Shown here: positions 13,601 through 42,200 of the stretch, one piece after another | Layout of the letters: each line of letters starts with the position of its first letter | Numbering within the stretch: the stretch's first letter is position 1 | Notes under the pieces: model-generated | Told to the model about the DNA's origin: nothing | Database searches by the model: none | The model's input: only the letters and a program-made list of their open reading frames with translations | Assembly (NCBI RefSeq): GCF_000150275.1 | Contig: NW_002060943.1 | Location: 124,001-188,000, forward strand | Length of the DNA stretch: 64,000 bases | Source of the DNA: Trichoplax adhaerens | Taxonomy: Eukaryota > Animalia > Placozoa | Direction: 5' to 3' | Made by a program: the position numbers and the translations under genes

Positions 13601-16600
13601 TTAAGATTCAATGTCTTCAACCAATGCTTGCACCTGAGCACAAAAAGTGAATAAAAGTCAACCTAACTGATAGCAATGACGTCGTCAACAGTCTCAAATA
13701 CAGTCATGATAAATCACCGATATACGCGTATTATCTTCCTATTTTTATACTTACTAAGGCATCACTAGATATTTCTCGCCCTAATATATCTAAGCAAATA
13801 AAGAATAGGCATTGACATAAAAGTGGCTGCCAACTTAATAAAATGGTTATTATCAAGATCCAAAGTTATATTCAACAGTCATCTATATCAGGTACCCAGA
13901 GTAAATTTACCTTCAACCATTAACTTGGGCATTTTTCCTCCTCCATAAGCTAATGCTTTACGACGATAATTCTCACCACTAACACTAAGAAGTACGTTAA
14001 AAAATTATAAAAGTTTATTACAATGTCGATCCTGCGATCGGAGAGATTAGCCGATTAGCTAGCAACAAATCCACCCGACGTACTATTCAATATAATACCT
14101 CGAAAATGGATTCTCCTTGAAACATTCTGTCCATATCATAGAAGCAATTGCTCGGCTCCAAATGTAAGAGTAATACCTTGCTCCATAATGGCCAAAATGC
14201 CCAAATCGTAAATGTGGAGCCTACAAATTACATTCCAAATAGTGTTTAAATTTGCAATGCTTTTGTCTCAGTTAGCTAACAATCAATTCATAAACCCAAG
14301 CGCTCTTACCGCTCCTTTGACGTAAGGAATCGCAGAGTACTCTTCAAGAATTTCGTTCACTATGTTGTTTATATTCTATAATGTGCGTAACACGATCATA
14401 ATATGCATAAAATTACAAGAGGAACTAATTTATGAGTTACTGTATGTCGAGCTTACTCCATCTGATGGATAATGACAATGCAGTGTCAGGTCGATTATAG
14501 CTAAGTTCAGATGATGTTGTAAATCCTATTAAGTCGTATAATTGATCAAAATCAAATCGTTAATAAAAATAAGATCGAGATATTATGTAGAAATAACATC
14601 TCTAAGTAAAATGGCTAGGCGTATAGTACTTAGATAATTATGATTACCAGCGCAGTAAAACATTTTTGCTCGGCGATATAATCCTTAATGACATTATCAG
14701 GCAACATCTATTCGTTTTGGCATTTACATTTCGAATATCAATACAACGTGAAAAAACGAATGTTTTTTATGGATAGACTAAAAAATAAGGTATGCGTAAA
14801 GTACCATTCCTGTTTCATGATGTCGTCCAATTGCTGCTAAAACCTAGGATATACAAACATAAAGTGTGCTAATATATTAATATGGCTAAATAAACTAAAG
14901 TATTGCCATTAGTTACCCTATGATCAGAGGCAAAACGCTCCATTAATACCGATGGAACTTCTGCAAAATCTATAGCGCAGCGAGTGCCTGTCAGCATAAA
15001 AATTTGTAAAATAACAGCTTCAAAGCCAGGCAATGATCTAATAAAGGCCAACAAGGAAGAGAATTGCTGTACCGGTAACATGTTGATATTTTGTTCTCGC
15101 AAACATTGCTGCCAATTGCAATATAATAAAAGAGGAAAATAATTAGCTACATTCTATGACATCTTACAGAAATCTTATTTCGATAAATAACTCAGAAAAG
15201 CTTACAGTGCATTGCGTGTCCCATTTCATGGAATAAATTCGACATAGACTGCATACATAGAGACAAAACCTGATCAAAACTGAAGTAACTCATTTCCTAT
15301 AACATCCAATATCATGATTAGATTTCAAAAATTCTTACCGAATAGTTAAGAAAGCTTGGTGTTGAAGTGCTCGGAGGTCTAGATTAAATAACCACATATG
15401 CCAGCAGAAAAATACTTATTCTAGTATTGTGCTTTATAATTTAAAGGTACACTGATTGATTAGCTTTGAATAACAGAAAAACTTACGCAAAGTTGCAAGA
15501 CAAAACAGCAACAGGTAGCTAAAAACATTAACAATTTGATCCAATTTAATCATCCAATTAATAGTTCAAAACTATCGTCACAGCTTATTCTTACCTGATA
15601 CGATCCATCTTCTAGTAACTTTCCTCCAGAAATAGTATGATGTGAATCCTGTATAATGTTAACCAAGAACGTTAAAATTGTCCTTATGTTCGAGCATAAT
15701 ATCATTTAGTAACTTACCGAAGACGAAAACTTCTTGTAGCGTGCGTATAAATCGCAATATAAATACCCTAAAACATCACCGTCTCCATCGTAGACGCCCT
15801 TCATGGGTAAAGGAAATTAGTTATATTTACTATTTTTCCTTACAAATCACAGATAAAGCACCAATTACGGAGCACTTAGAAAGAATTACCAGTTTAACAA
15901 TCTTGTCGGCCCACAGCTATTAACAGATATCCAAAAAGTACATGCTCGGTAAATTTAAATTGTCATTTCAAACTATAAAATTATCAAAATAGTACATTCT
16001 ATTTAAAAATTTTATATACCTCATTTCGGCCACATCGCACTGGTACCAATGACACATTGTAAATTTTCTTGAACAATGTATTTAGTCCCTTTACCAAACA
16101 AGAGAATATAAATAGACGCAACGGGATGGGAGTAAAAAACAATATAATATTTATTTAGGATACTGGAGTACCTCCATGCAAGTGCCAACCGAAAAATATT
16201 CGGATACTGAACCACCTCCTGCTGGAAGTCTATTGAGAAATAACGAGTACTGCATGAATATTCATTATTACTATAGCTGTATAGTTGAAAATGTATATTC
16301 ACCTAATTTTTTTATTTGCTAAAGCAAAATGGTTTACATCCCAAGGTTTAATATCCTATAAGTGTAAGGGTTGCAAGATCTTTCAAATTAGTAAAATTCT
16401 ATATAGTTCTGATATTTTACTAATTTCGTTTTCTGTAGAATTTAATATTGAAATCCAAGAGCCCACCTTGGCTAGAGGATATTCCAATTGCTTCATTCTG
16501 TAATCAATATTTAAAAAAAGTTATGCAATACATTAGTACTGCAATATAAGTGAATAAAGGAAAACTTAATGCTCTTAAGATATTCGAACACAGTATACAA

Positions 16601-19159
16601 CGTAGAACAGTAACAAATTATAGATAATCTTACATCACAAAGTCAAAATTATCCACAAATAAATTTGTATAAGGTAAAATTTGTACATTATAGAAAGATA
16701 TTTAAATAATACCTTAACATGTCCTCAAGTTCCTTTTCTACTCTATAAAGGAATAGGCAATTAAGATTAGAATATGAACCGCAGTAACAAAAGCTCATAA
16801 TGATGAATTACTGCAACGTTACACAAATTCTAAATTCGTTAAATTACATATTCACATTACCTATGTTTAACTGCATTTGCAGCCGACTTTAAGAAATTTA
16901 ACGCGTTTTCTAATAAATTTCAATTATAATTGAAATATAATCCTCTCAGTCATGCATAGATTTGTGTAAGCCAGTACTCTGGTTAAAGAATAAATGTGAC
17001 TCTCACCAGGTGTTTGAACCATAGTATCAAGAAGGATTTGATGTGCAAACGATTTAAAACTAATATGTACAACAGAAATATATAAATGAATAATTATGGT
17101 AGGCATGAAGTAAGAATTATAGAAATTTAGCTTTATGTATTCATTGAATGATTCTAATCCAACCAACCCTGCAAGTTGCGACATATTCTGTCTGACTTTT
17201 AACAGGGACTTTAAGGTATCATCTTGCCGATAATTAAAGCTATTATAAGCTCTATAGGCGAACTCTCTTAACTGTAGTTAAAGTAGTTCCAATCAGCCAG
17301 TTACGAAATAATACTGTACTCGGACGCAATGGATACTAATAAGAAATGTATAAACTTACATCTTCTTGTGGGCTATCATGATAGGTATATGTAACTTCAA
17401 CATAATTGGAAATACTTCTAAAACTGTTAGAACAAAAATAGAATAAATTCACAAAGCAAGTTAAGCAAGCTGGATAAGGTTTTACACAGATACAGTGCAA
17501 TGATGAGATTGTAGCAATTCTGCATTAATAATACTTTCGCGTCAAATTTAGTTTTCTTTGCCACTAGTATACGTACAGTATATAGCATGTGCGTTAACAT
17601 AACCGATACATTTATATATACCTGTTGATTAAATGTTTCGGACACCGATCTGCAGATACTAAAGTTGGTGCTACAGAAAATAATATTCAATTATACTATC
17701 AGCTGGAATGATTAAATTATTTACCGATAAAACAATAAATTTGAGAAGATAGATTATTCTCACCATGACACTGTTGAATAAACTGATCACATAATGAGAC
17801 AATTTCCATATCTAATTTCACTTTTTTCTCTCTCTAGCAGGTACAAGACAATTAATACAAGATGTGATATAAGGACTACTTTGCCGTAATGGGCTATTAT
17901 ATTGGTAAACTTTACAACTTACTGTAGCATCGTCCAAGTGAACACCACTTTGTTCAAAATCATTTAATAATAATCTTGCTACAATCCTAAATTGATATAA
18001 TGATATATTAAATGCTAACATTAGCGTAATCATTTTAGTGCCAATTCCCATAAGGAATTCTCTCAGCCAATGATTAACGATAAATCATAATCTTTATTAG
18101 GTTTGCTCAATGATTAATTTAGAATTGATTTTCTTCTATAAAAGCAGATCAATTTTTAAATCGCACTTTGTATCTTCTTTCATCGTATTAACAATGGTTT
18201 TATTATCGACAACTTCTTTTAAGACATTGTAAAGGCCCACATTGGTATTTAACTTTGACACTAGCGATAGCATGGTCATGCAAGTACTTTCAGCAGCACT
18301 AACAAATGCAGGTTGAGAGTGTGACAGCCTGATAAAATTTGCCTATATACGCGTAAAATATAACAAGTTCAATTAGTTACGTGTAACGTTGTTGAATATT
18401 TATGGAAAAAACTAGCGTCAGACACCAATACAAAAGTTCCATTAGTTAAGTGTAATCTTGTTGATTATTTACGCCAAAGAAATAGTCTCAGATACATATT
18501 TAACTTATGAGCTATGCAGTCAATCAATTTGAGGCATGTTTTAAAGTTTATTAAGCTGAGTGTATCCCTTGTAGAAGTGGGTAGTTTACTACCGAATGAC
18601 TTACGAGGTCAGCAAGTAGGCATATTTCATTTGATAGCTGATCCAGAAGATCGACACTACGCCCTGATGGAGGTTCGGTGAGGATCATCTGAACGAACCT
18701 AAAGTGTAAAGTATTACCTAATTGAAGTAATCATAGGATAGTATATCCGTAGTAATACTAGCAATATGATACTATAATATCTTTTCCAGCTGGAAAAAAT
18801 GTGTATTTATTACTTTAATTATTACATAATTAAATTAATCACAGGATAGTATATCCGTGGTAATACTAACTAGCAATATGATCCTATAATATCTTTTCCA
18901 GCTAGAAAAAATGTGTATTTATGACTTTAATTATTACATAATTGAATTAATCATAGGATAGTATATCCGTAGTAATACTAGCAATATGATGCTATATCTT
19001 TTCCAACTGGAAAAAATGTGTATTTATTACTTTAATTATTTTCGCTATAGAATAAATAATCATCTTTACTGTACGTTACCTCTCACATTCTTGCAACGAG
19101 TGCTTTTGCCATTTTGCAAAGTCCGACGGTCTTTGCAATTTATTAACTCCTAATAATCC
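13601..19159 (-). CDS. MIPEP: Mitochondrial intermediate peptidase (peptidase M3A); the first exon(s) upstream of 19159 were not resolved
   Basis: Spliced translation includes [51 protein letters not shown]-region exons, the zinc motif [11 protein letters not shown] (~15207-15240), [22 protein letters not shown] and [25 protein letters not shown]. The last exon is [13 protein letters not shown] ending at 13601. Confidence 0.93.
18728..19040. repeat. Intronic tandem repeat, ~110-bp unit x~2.8, with internal palindromes
   Basis: Units start at 18728, 18836 and 18948 (TAATCATAGGATAGTATATCCG...TCTTTTCCAGCTGGAAAAAATGTGTATTTAT) in a MIPEP intron. Confidence 0.93.
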
Positions 19160-19872
19160 CTAGTAACAGTACACAATGATATCAATTCTAATGGTTGAAA
19201 TTGATTGAGGGTATGACATTATTTGTATACGTTTGCGATAATACGAGTTAAGCAACATTGATTCAATTGGTCCATGATTATGTTTTGCAATTTTGCAACA
19301 GTTGTAAATGGAATAAAAAAAAGAGCACAATTGCAGTTTGGATGAAGATTTTTTTATAATCTCTTTCCTTCATGTACTGTACAGTCTATTAGCACATTGT
19401 ATACGTCCATTTAATTGCAGCGGATTGATGATATGCTTCTCTTGTGTATTGGTGACGGGAATAGTAAACAGACTATCTAATTTTATACATACGCATATAC
19501 TGGTAGAAGCAATAAGAAACTATTTTCTCCTGCCTACGCGTCGATTGCTTCGGTATGGAAATGCGTCTACAACTAATTCAGCGTTAAAATACGTAGGTAT
19601 GCAATTTTAGCGTAAGTCAGTTTATTGGTGGATGGCCAATCAGGTCATTTTGCTGAATTTAATAACGCAGTATTCATTCAATACTTTGCAACTGATTGGA
19701 AGCTAGATCAAACTTGGACAATTTGAGGTTCATATTTATTTGGTACCTGCATGAATTGAAGATAGCGTAGAGTACGGTAACATTTTCAGTCATTTTTAAT
19801 CCTCATTGTAAGATAAAAATAAGTAGAGTATCGCATAGCATCGATCTCAGCTGATGATGACAGCTTGTGCCT

Positions 19873-19995
19873 CTACTGTGTACTGTATACTACAGTGTTA
19901 CTGAGAGTCTCTGGATGTCATTACCGTCATCAACTGATCCATTCACGATCGTAAAACAGAGGCATAGAGTACAGTATAGTAGGTATCAGTACTGT
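19873..19995. promoter_or_regulatory. Loose AGTAC/GTACT cluster upstream of MIPEP
   Basis: TACTGTGTACTGTATACTACAGTG...AGTACAGTA...CAGTACTG. CCAAT-like sites lie at ~19636 and ~19694. Confidence 0.35.
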
Positions 19996-20480
19996 CAAGC
20001 TCGTGTAAATTGTGCAATATGAAGGTTTAAAAGAGTCCATTGGAATGCAAGCTAGGATCATTTAGTCTGCAAGCATCTTGTAGAATGTATACTCAATACA
20101 GTAGTAGATAATCCATCCATCTCAAAGCGCTTTAAAGCGTTGCAACAACGGTACAACCTACCACAAGATCATTGGTTGTATATTGATGTGATTGATCTGG
20201 TCGATCAAAAGCCTCTGTAATCTTGGAGTATTTTCGATTCAATAATGGTGCAAAACGATGCAAGCTTGCAATCTTGTTATATGGAAGAAATCGATTTGCA
20301 ATCATGGCCAGTCTGAGAATCTTTCTTGGATCGAAGAGCTAGACATAAGCCAGGAGGCTCAAGGAGATGAGTTAACGTGCAGAGCTCAGCCAGACACCAC
20401 AACTACGTGTAGAGTGACCTGAGGTGCAGTTCACTCACAGTCTGTGCCAACCAGCTCATTTGAATGACAATGGGGGACAG

Positions 20481-20620
20481 AGTACAGTACAGTGCTTAAG
20501 ACAAGACTCGTTGTACTATACGCTACACGAGCATCGAGCGGTCTTCTTCTAGTAGTCCGTATAGAGTATAGTACAGTACTGTGTTGTGATAGTACAGTCA
20601 GTACTGTACTATACTGTGCA
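20481..20620. promoter_or_regulatory. AGTAC/GTACT cluster in the MIPEP-NALCN divergent intergenic region
   Basis: AGTACAGTACAGTG...AGTACAGTACTGTG...AGTACAGTCAGTACTGTACTATACTGTGCA, followed by GCGTCACGT. Confidence 0.5.
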
Positions 20621-21378
20621 GGCTACTGATTGCGTCACGTAATCACGATTCATCCATGGCTGGACATTTTGAAATTTTGAATACAAAATACTAAATCACC
20701 CTCATCAAATAGGTTTCAAGTTCCTTATGAAACATAACTAGACTATGTTAAACTTATTTATTTGAAAGATTGAATGCATCAACAGTTGTGAAATGGCTTT
20801 AGTATAGTCGCTGTCGTGTAGTAAACGCTTGGCGCATGCCGAGATTACTGTAAACGTACACAATCGCAATACGAAATAAAAGCGTAAGGTACGGCGTTAG
20901 CGATCTATGCAAGGGCGATCCACCTTCATAAGACATGAAAATCAGTCCAATTCGCTGAAGTAAAACCATAGCGGTTCTTGTCATAGCAATGGCTGTTTAT
21001 TGTACAATACTGACTCATGAAGGACGGTATAGAGCCTCTTATGACAGTAGTATCTTGACCCAAATAGCTATTTCTGACTGTCAAAGTGTGTACACTCACT
21101 CAACACAGTACTGCATGTTGCAGTTACGTGATCATCAAGTTACCTTAATTTCACCATCATGTTTAGGTTAATGGATGACTACAAGTACATACAGTTACAA
21201 TACTAGACTGATTTCTTACTGACTACATAGTGCATACTGGAGAAGTGAAAAGAGGTCATTATTGGATTGTATCTCCACTTCTTCCAAAGTCCTAACTCCT
21301 ATCCTAACAAGGAGATTTTTGCCATTAGATTCAGCGTAAAAGCTTAGAAAGACATTATTAAAAAACGGTATGATAGGG

Positions 21379-21620
21379 GTCACGTGGGTCAGTACAGTAC
21401 TGTACAGTACAGTACAGTACAGTACAGTATTGTTCTCGGTAGAAGTCCACATTCAGGCTGCAGTACTGTACTGTACAGTACTGTACAGTACTGTACACTG
21501 AGTGTACAGTACAGTAAAGTACAATACAATGTACTGTACTGCACAGTGCACAGCGCAGAGTCTCGGCCAACCAATCCACAGCTCGCATTCATCCCCACAT
21601 GGTCACGTGACTAGGGGGAC
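21379..21620 (+). promoter_or_regulatory. NALCN proximal promoter: (AGTAC/GTACT)n array 21390-21552, CCAAT box, perfect GTCACGTGAC E-box/CLEAR site at 21602-21611
   Basis: Motifs read directly from the sequence, 130-370 bp upstream of ATG 21746. A second GTCACGTG lies at ~21379. Confidence 0.65.
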
Positions 21621-21745
21621 AATAGACTGAAGATCTTTCCCTTTAACGTTAACTTTGGTTACTCGGTTTATTGGCTAGACTAGCAGAAGGATTCTAGCGA
21701 AAATTGATTAATTAATTAACTACCTAGGTAGAAAAAGCAACAACA

Positions 21746-37304
<15,559 letters not shown>

Positions 37305-39296
37305 TGACCGATGTCTATTTGACAATTTTAAAGATTTAAAATATTGACAACTGCACTTAATACGGAGCAAACTGTAATCCTCCATGATGGGTTATATTAA
37401 CTATTTTTACCATACGAAATTAACGATATCACGAAAGACTATTTATTTATTGGTGAAATTGGATCAATAAGATTAATATTTTAGTTATATCACCTTCAAA
37501 GAATACATTAGCCACTTTAATGATTACTATAGGATTAGTAGTGATAATTGATGTAATCAATTTTGAATGGAAATGGACAGATTTTGATACAGTTAACAAT
37601 TTTCCTATTTAATACCCGACCTGTACTATATACGAAGGGCGAAAATAACACTGAATAATGCAGCACCTTCAAAAATTTTACAACCCCTGTCAATTGTACT
37701 ATTTTGATACATCTTTGCTGAACATGTTTAGTGATGCTTTATTGTAATATATTAAATTATGCTCGCAATTTCAGGATATCTATGCGTAATATGGCAGATC
37801 TGCAAGCTTTTGATGCATTAAAAATGCACGGCTTCGAAAGATTGCAAGCATAAGATGTAAACTTCTATAGTGCTCCGTTATTCGCAGAAAACGCAACTAT
37901 ATTTCGTTTAAAGTTTCTTTGAGCCATCTCAGTAGATCACTATCCTAACGTATAAAATACGTACGAGATACTACGTACTAGAAGTCTTTAAGAGTTTTGC
38001 GAATGACAGCATCTGAAAATACCTATCTATCTTAATGAAATGATGAAATCGTTTGTCATAAATAACATCATTTATCATGCAACTAATATTTATATAATTT
38101 TATTTACCGCCCTTATTAAAGATTGCTTTGATTAAGCCTAATGTGGGTTACGGTGTAGTTATGTATGTATATATATTGCTTCTGAAACAATATATAAATC
38201 CACGCCCTTCGTATATGTTTATACCTGCAGTAATATTAATTCAACGCCTTCCGTTGCTAATTTTGATGGTAAGGATGGAAGTTGAGCGACATTTGTATAA
38301 TATAGTAAATGAATTCTTCATTTGCTTGGCAAGGAATCGTGTGACCTTAGGTTCAAAGTATTAATAATATAATTCAGGAGAATTAAGTTGCATAAATATC
38401 TTCCGATTAGTTATTACGAATTCTACTTTGTATATACTCGTAATTCATGATAAGCGTGTCTGTTCAACCAGCTAATTTCTATCTTCAAGAAATAGGATTC
38501 ACAAATGCATAGACCACGACTTGTAAGAGTAATTATTAATTATTCATAGAGCTGTTCTAACCTTCTAGGTTGCATTCAAGTCCACAATTTAACCCAAAAC
38601 GATACATCATAGGATCTAAAGTGATTCCAGGCTATGGTACAGAAGGAAAATAATTTATCATTCAAGAGAGAATCTTCAGCTCGATATGCAGTACAACAGT
38701 ATTTAAATACTATCTCCGCGTTACATCTTTGCTTACTATAACGTAATTTTATTTTCTATAATATCACAATATCAGTTTACTAGACATTATTATACGGAAT
38801 ATAATAATGTTTCTATAAACCCTTTAATACATTCGATGTTACAGTAATAATTAAACGGTAGTAGTAATAACCACAATAACTTTACATATCAAATTGTGGT
38901 AAAGCTACCATTATCAATACGTGTACGAGCATGTATATCGGCATCTGATATTTTGGGAAAGCATAAAATTTATGTAATAATACAAATATGTCATCGAAGA
39001 CAGAGGTTGACAGTTGTAGTAGAGATATAATCAGAGCAACAAATTGCAATATCAATTAACAGACAAGAGCAATAGTTACCCATATTATTCTAATTCAAAT
39101 TGACTGTAACTTTTAAATTTAGTCCGAAATACCGTAAGCTGTACGTAATCCGCCGTACCGACACATACAAGATAAACAATTCATATTATAATATTACGGC
39201 CCACCGTGCGATAGCTATAGCTTCAATGCTAAATACTGTTAATTTATTATTTATTTTTTTCAATAATATATAATATAATCAGTGATGAGTAGGTAA

Positions 39297-42200
39297 CTAC
39301 GATGACGTTGTCGAGTCACAAAACAGTGAAGTAGGCCCAGTAGGTACTTTCTCTTTATTAGAAGGATCTTTCTTAGTATGATCTGACTTTCTCTTTTGGA
39401 CACGAGCTGATAAATTTTTGACAATGTCTAATAATTTCTCTGATTGCATACCAGATTTCGCCGGAAAAGCCGATGATTTATATCCTTTGCTACTACAGGC
39501 ATTGCTATTGCCTCGAGACCGACTATGATATCGTCCTTGCACTGAGCTTTTTGATGATAATGGGTCAGATGCCAATCTCGCTTTTTTGAATGATTTATTA
39601 GTGGTGCCCCCAAAACTGTCATAGCAACAATTGCTACTATCGCGCTTAGAATAAATACTTTGGATAACGGGCAAATGCGACCATATGAAAGCATCTTTCA
39701 CGGGGTTACATTTTCGAATATCACCAAAACGATCTAAAGCCAAAACATAGTCATCTACAGAAATGCAAGGAAAGGTTTAAAAATGGCATGCAGCTAACGC
39801 CGTTACTGTAAGCAATTAGTTTACACAGTCAATTTTACACTAATAAGTGAGTTACAACACTACTTGCAGCACGATAAAAACAACCTTTTGATGCCTTGGT
39901 AAATTGATAGTATAAACTAGATTCCAAATCATTATACCAATAAGCTTCAATAAGGTAGAGCACATATTCATGAAATAGTGTATGAAGTAAATGATACGAT
40001 CCTAGATAGGAAATTATAATTGTCAGCCTTCAAAATTGTTCCTACTATTTAATAAAATAAAGTACAATACTATATGTTGCGTGATTTGCTGTATCATTCA
40101 AGACCTTACCAAAACTTCCAGCACTACGAAGAGTAAAATCTCGAATGACTAAGGATGATATAAAAGACCAAGTCAAAATAAATTCTTCTGCAGCTTTCTT
40201 TATTACTTTTCGATCATTGGATTTCTATAATGTTAACCCAAAAATACGAGTATAAATAAGATGATTAAATTGTTGTAATTACTACATTTTACGACACGAC
40301 AGAAGAACTTTCTCAATATCCTACACATTTTTACCGAGAAAACACAATCATTGACAATAGCGCTTAGCCAACTGATATATTCTTCGATTGCTGCACGCTT
40401 CGATAATAAATCTTTAAATATATGCAAGTCTACATAAAATGCCATTAATCGAATAATTAGTCTACGAAATAGTAATAATCTGGTTATTGAATTAGATATT
40501 GGCTGTTGCAACAGTAAAGCTTACTTTTTCCAATAGCTACAGCCATTATATCTGTCTTATCATGAGAATACATCCATATTGTCTCAAAAATAACTCTTTG
40601 TTCGTCAACTATTTCCCAATCCGCTATCATACTTTCTAACACTGAAGCAGTGCCAAGTTCGTTACGAGCCGCCTAAAATAAAAAATTTAGATCATATCGT
40701 ACCTTACCGTACAGTTACTGTACCGGAACTAGTTAAAACAATAGCAGCGTTTCTATATCAACACGATGTTAGTGATACTACCAACCTGAGCCAAGTGAGC
40801 TAATGAAGTTAACCGATGTAGTGACTTGCTAAATGTATAAGCAACTAGTAGTAAAAGCCAATAAACAACGTAAGTATGTTGGGCTAAACTTGTATGCAGC
40901 CAAAAATTTAATTTACTATAGTTTAATGAATACAGGACTTTACGAACAGTCAATTTCTTCTAGACTATATATAGACAAGACAATTATGCTGACAATCTTG
41001 ACATACCGTTTGTCTTGCAATCAATTAAATATTGGGGCGCATATCCACTTAAACCGGACACAATCCAATCCTCAAGTTGATGCGCAAAATTTCTTATGGC
41101 CCGCGTCAGACTAATTTATCGAAATAAGTTAGTACGATATTTTTATAATTATCAATTAATAACACCACCGTACGGTAGAATATTTAATTTAAGCCAGCAT
41201 TTCATTATTTCTTAAACCTGACGGCAATCGCATCTAACGTTCCAGGAACTAAAATATGACCAATACTCTATATAACAGTAATCGCTCATCATTATTATTA
41301 AAGTTTTATCGTAGTAAAGTGATTACATAAAATGTTCTTACTTTATACAAAATCATATCACAAATACATATGAGATCACTTGCTGGTGGACAGTGTAAAA
41401 CATCTGTCATTTGCGGAGGCAAATCGTGCCAAAAATGAGAAATAATCTCTTGAATCTGCAGTTTTATTGCAATAAAACTTACATCAGTAAAGACGGACTA
41501 CTAAAAAAATTAATCTACAGTATATTTACAGCAAAACTTGACCTGATACTATAATACTTTTCTTGGTATCAATTACATTTATATTTTAATTTAAAAGCCG
41601 GTACGAAATATCTTACTTGTCTAAGATTGCCACACACCACGGTATCCAATAATTTATGGCAGTGCGCTCGATACAATATAAAGAAGGTTTCAATCTATAG
41701 CAAATAAGAAAGAAATTAAGATTTATAGCGACTATGAATAAATAGGATGATCTCGCTCTTACCTTATCTCGAATCTCCAAATCTGGTAAATTTAAATCAC
41801 CAGCATTAGGGAATTCAGGAAGCATAGCATCATGACTACGTACTACATCATCTATGACAGATTTGGGCAAAACTAGTAGTCCTTCAGCCTAATAATAAAT
41901 TGATAATATTAAATACCTAAATGGAACGCTTTTGTCAGTAAGGAAACTATTCGCTGCATAATATTCTATATAGATCAACTTACCGAAGGATCATCATTTA
42001 ACTGGTCGTTGAATCTGATTGACATGTATGACGTATAGATAAAGTAAGTTTTACGTGACAACATGATATCATTGATATACGATAAAAGTCTTAAGTTAGA
42101 TCGTTAATTTAAATATTAGACCTTGTATTGTGTTTAACACTAATTTTTCTAAAGTAGCTATGGAAATTTGATGTTGATTTCGGCCCAATTCCGTAGTAAT

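Noticed and set aside
19846-19906. Second C/D box candidate (TGATGA...CTGA)
   Set aside because: Too short, overlaps the low-complexity AGTAC cluster, and is antisense to the nearest gene.
21310-21380. Possible MITE end (TTTTGCCATTAGATTCAGCGTAAAA)
   Set aside because: No matching inverted terminus or target-site duplication was found in the window.
21216-21614. Overlapping STVQY/YCTVL-repeat ORFs
   Set aside because: These are translation artefacts of the stop-free AGTAC microsatellite on both strands.
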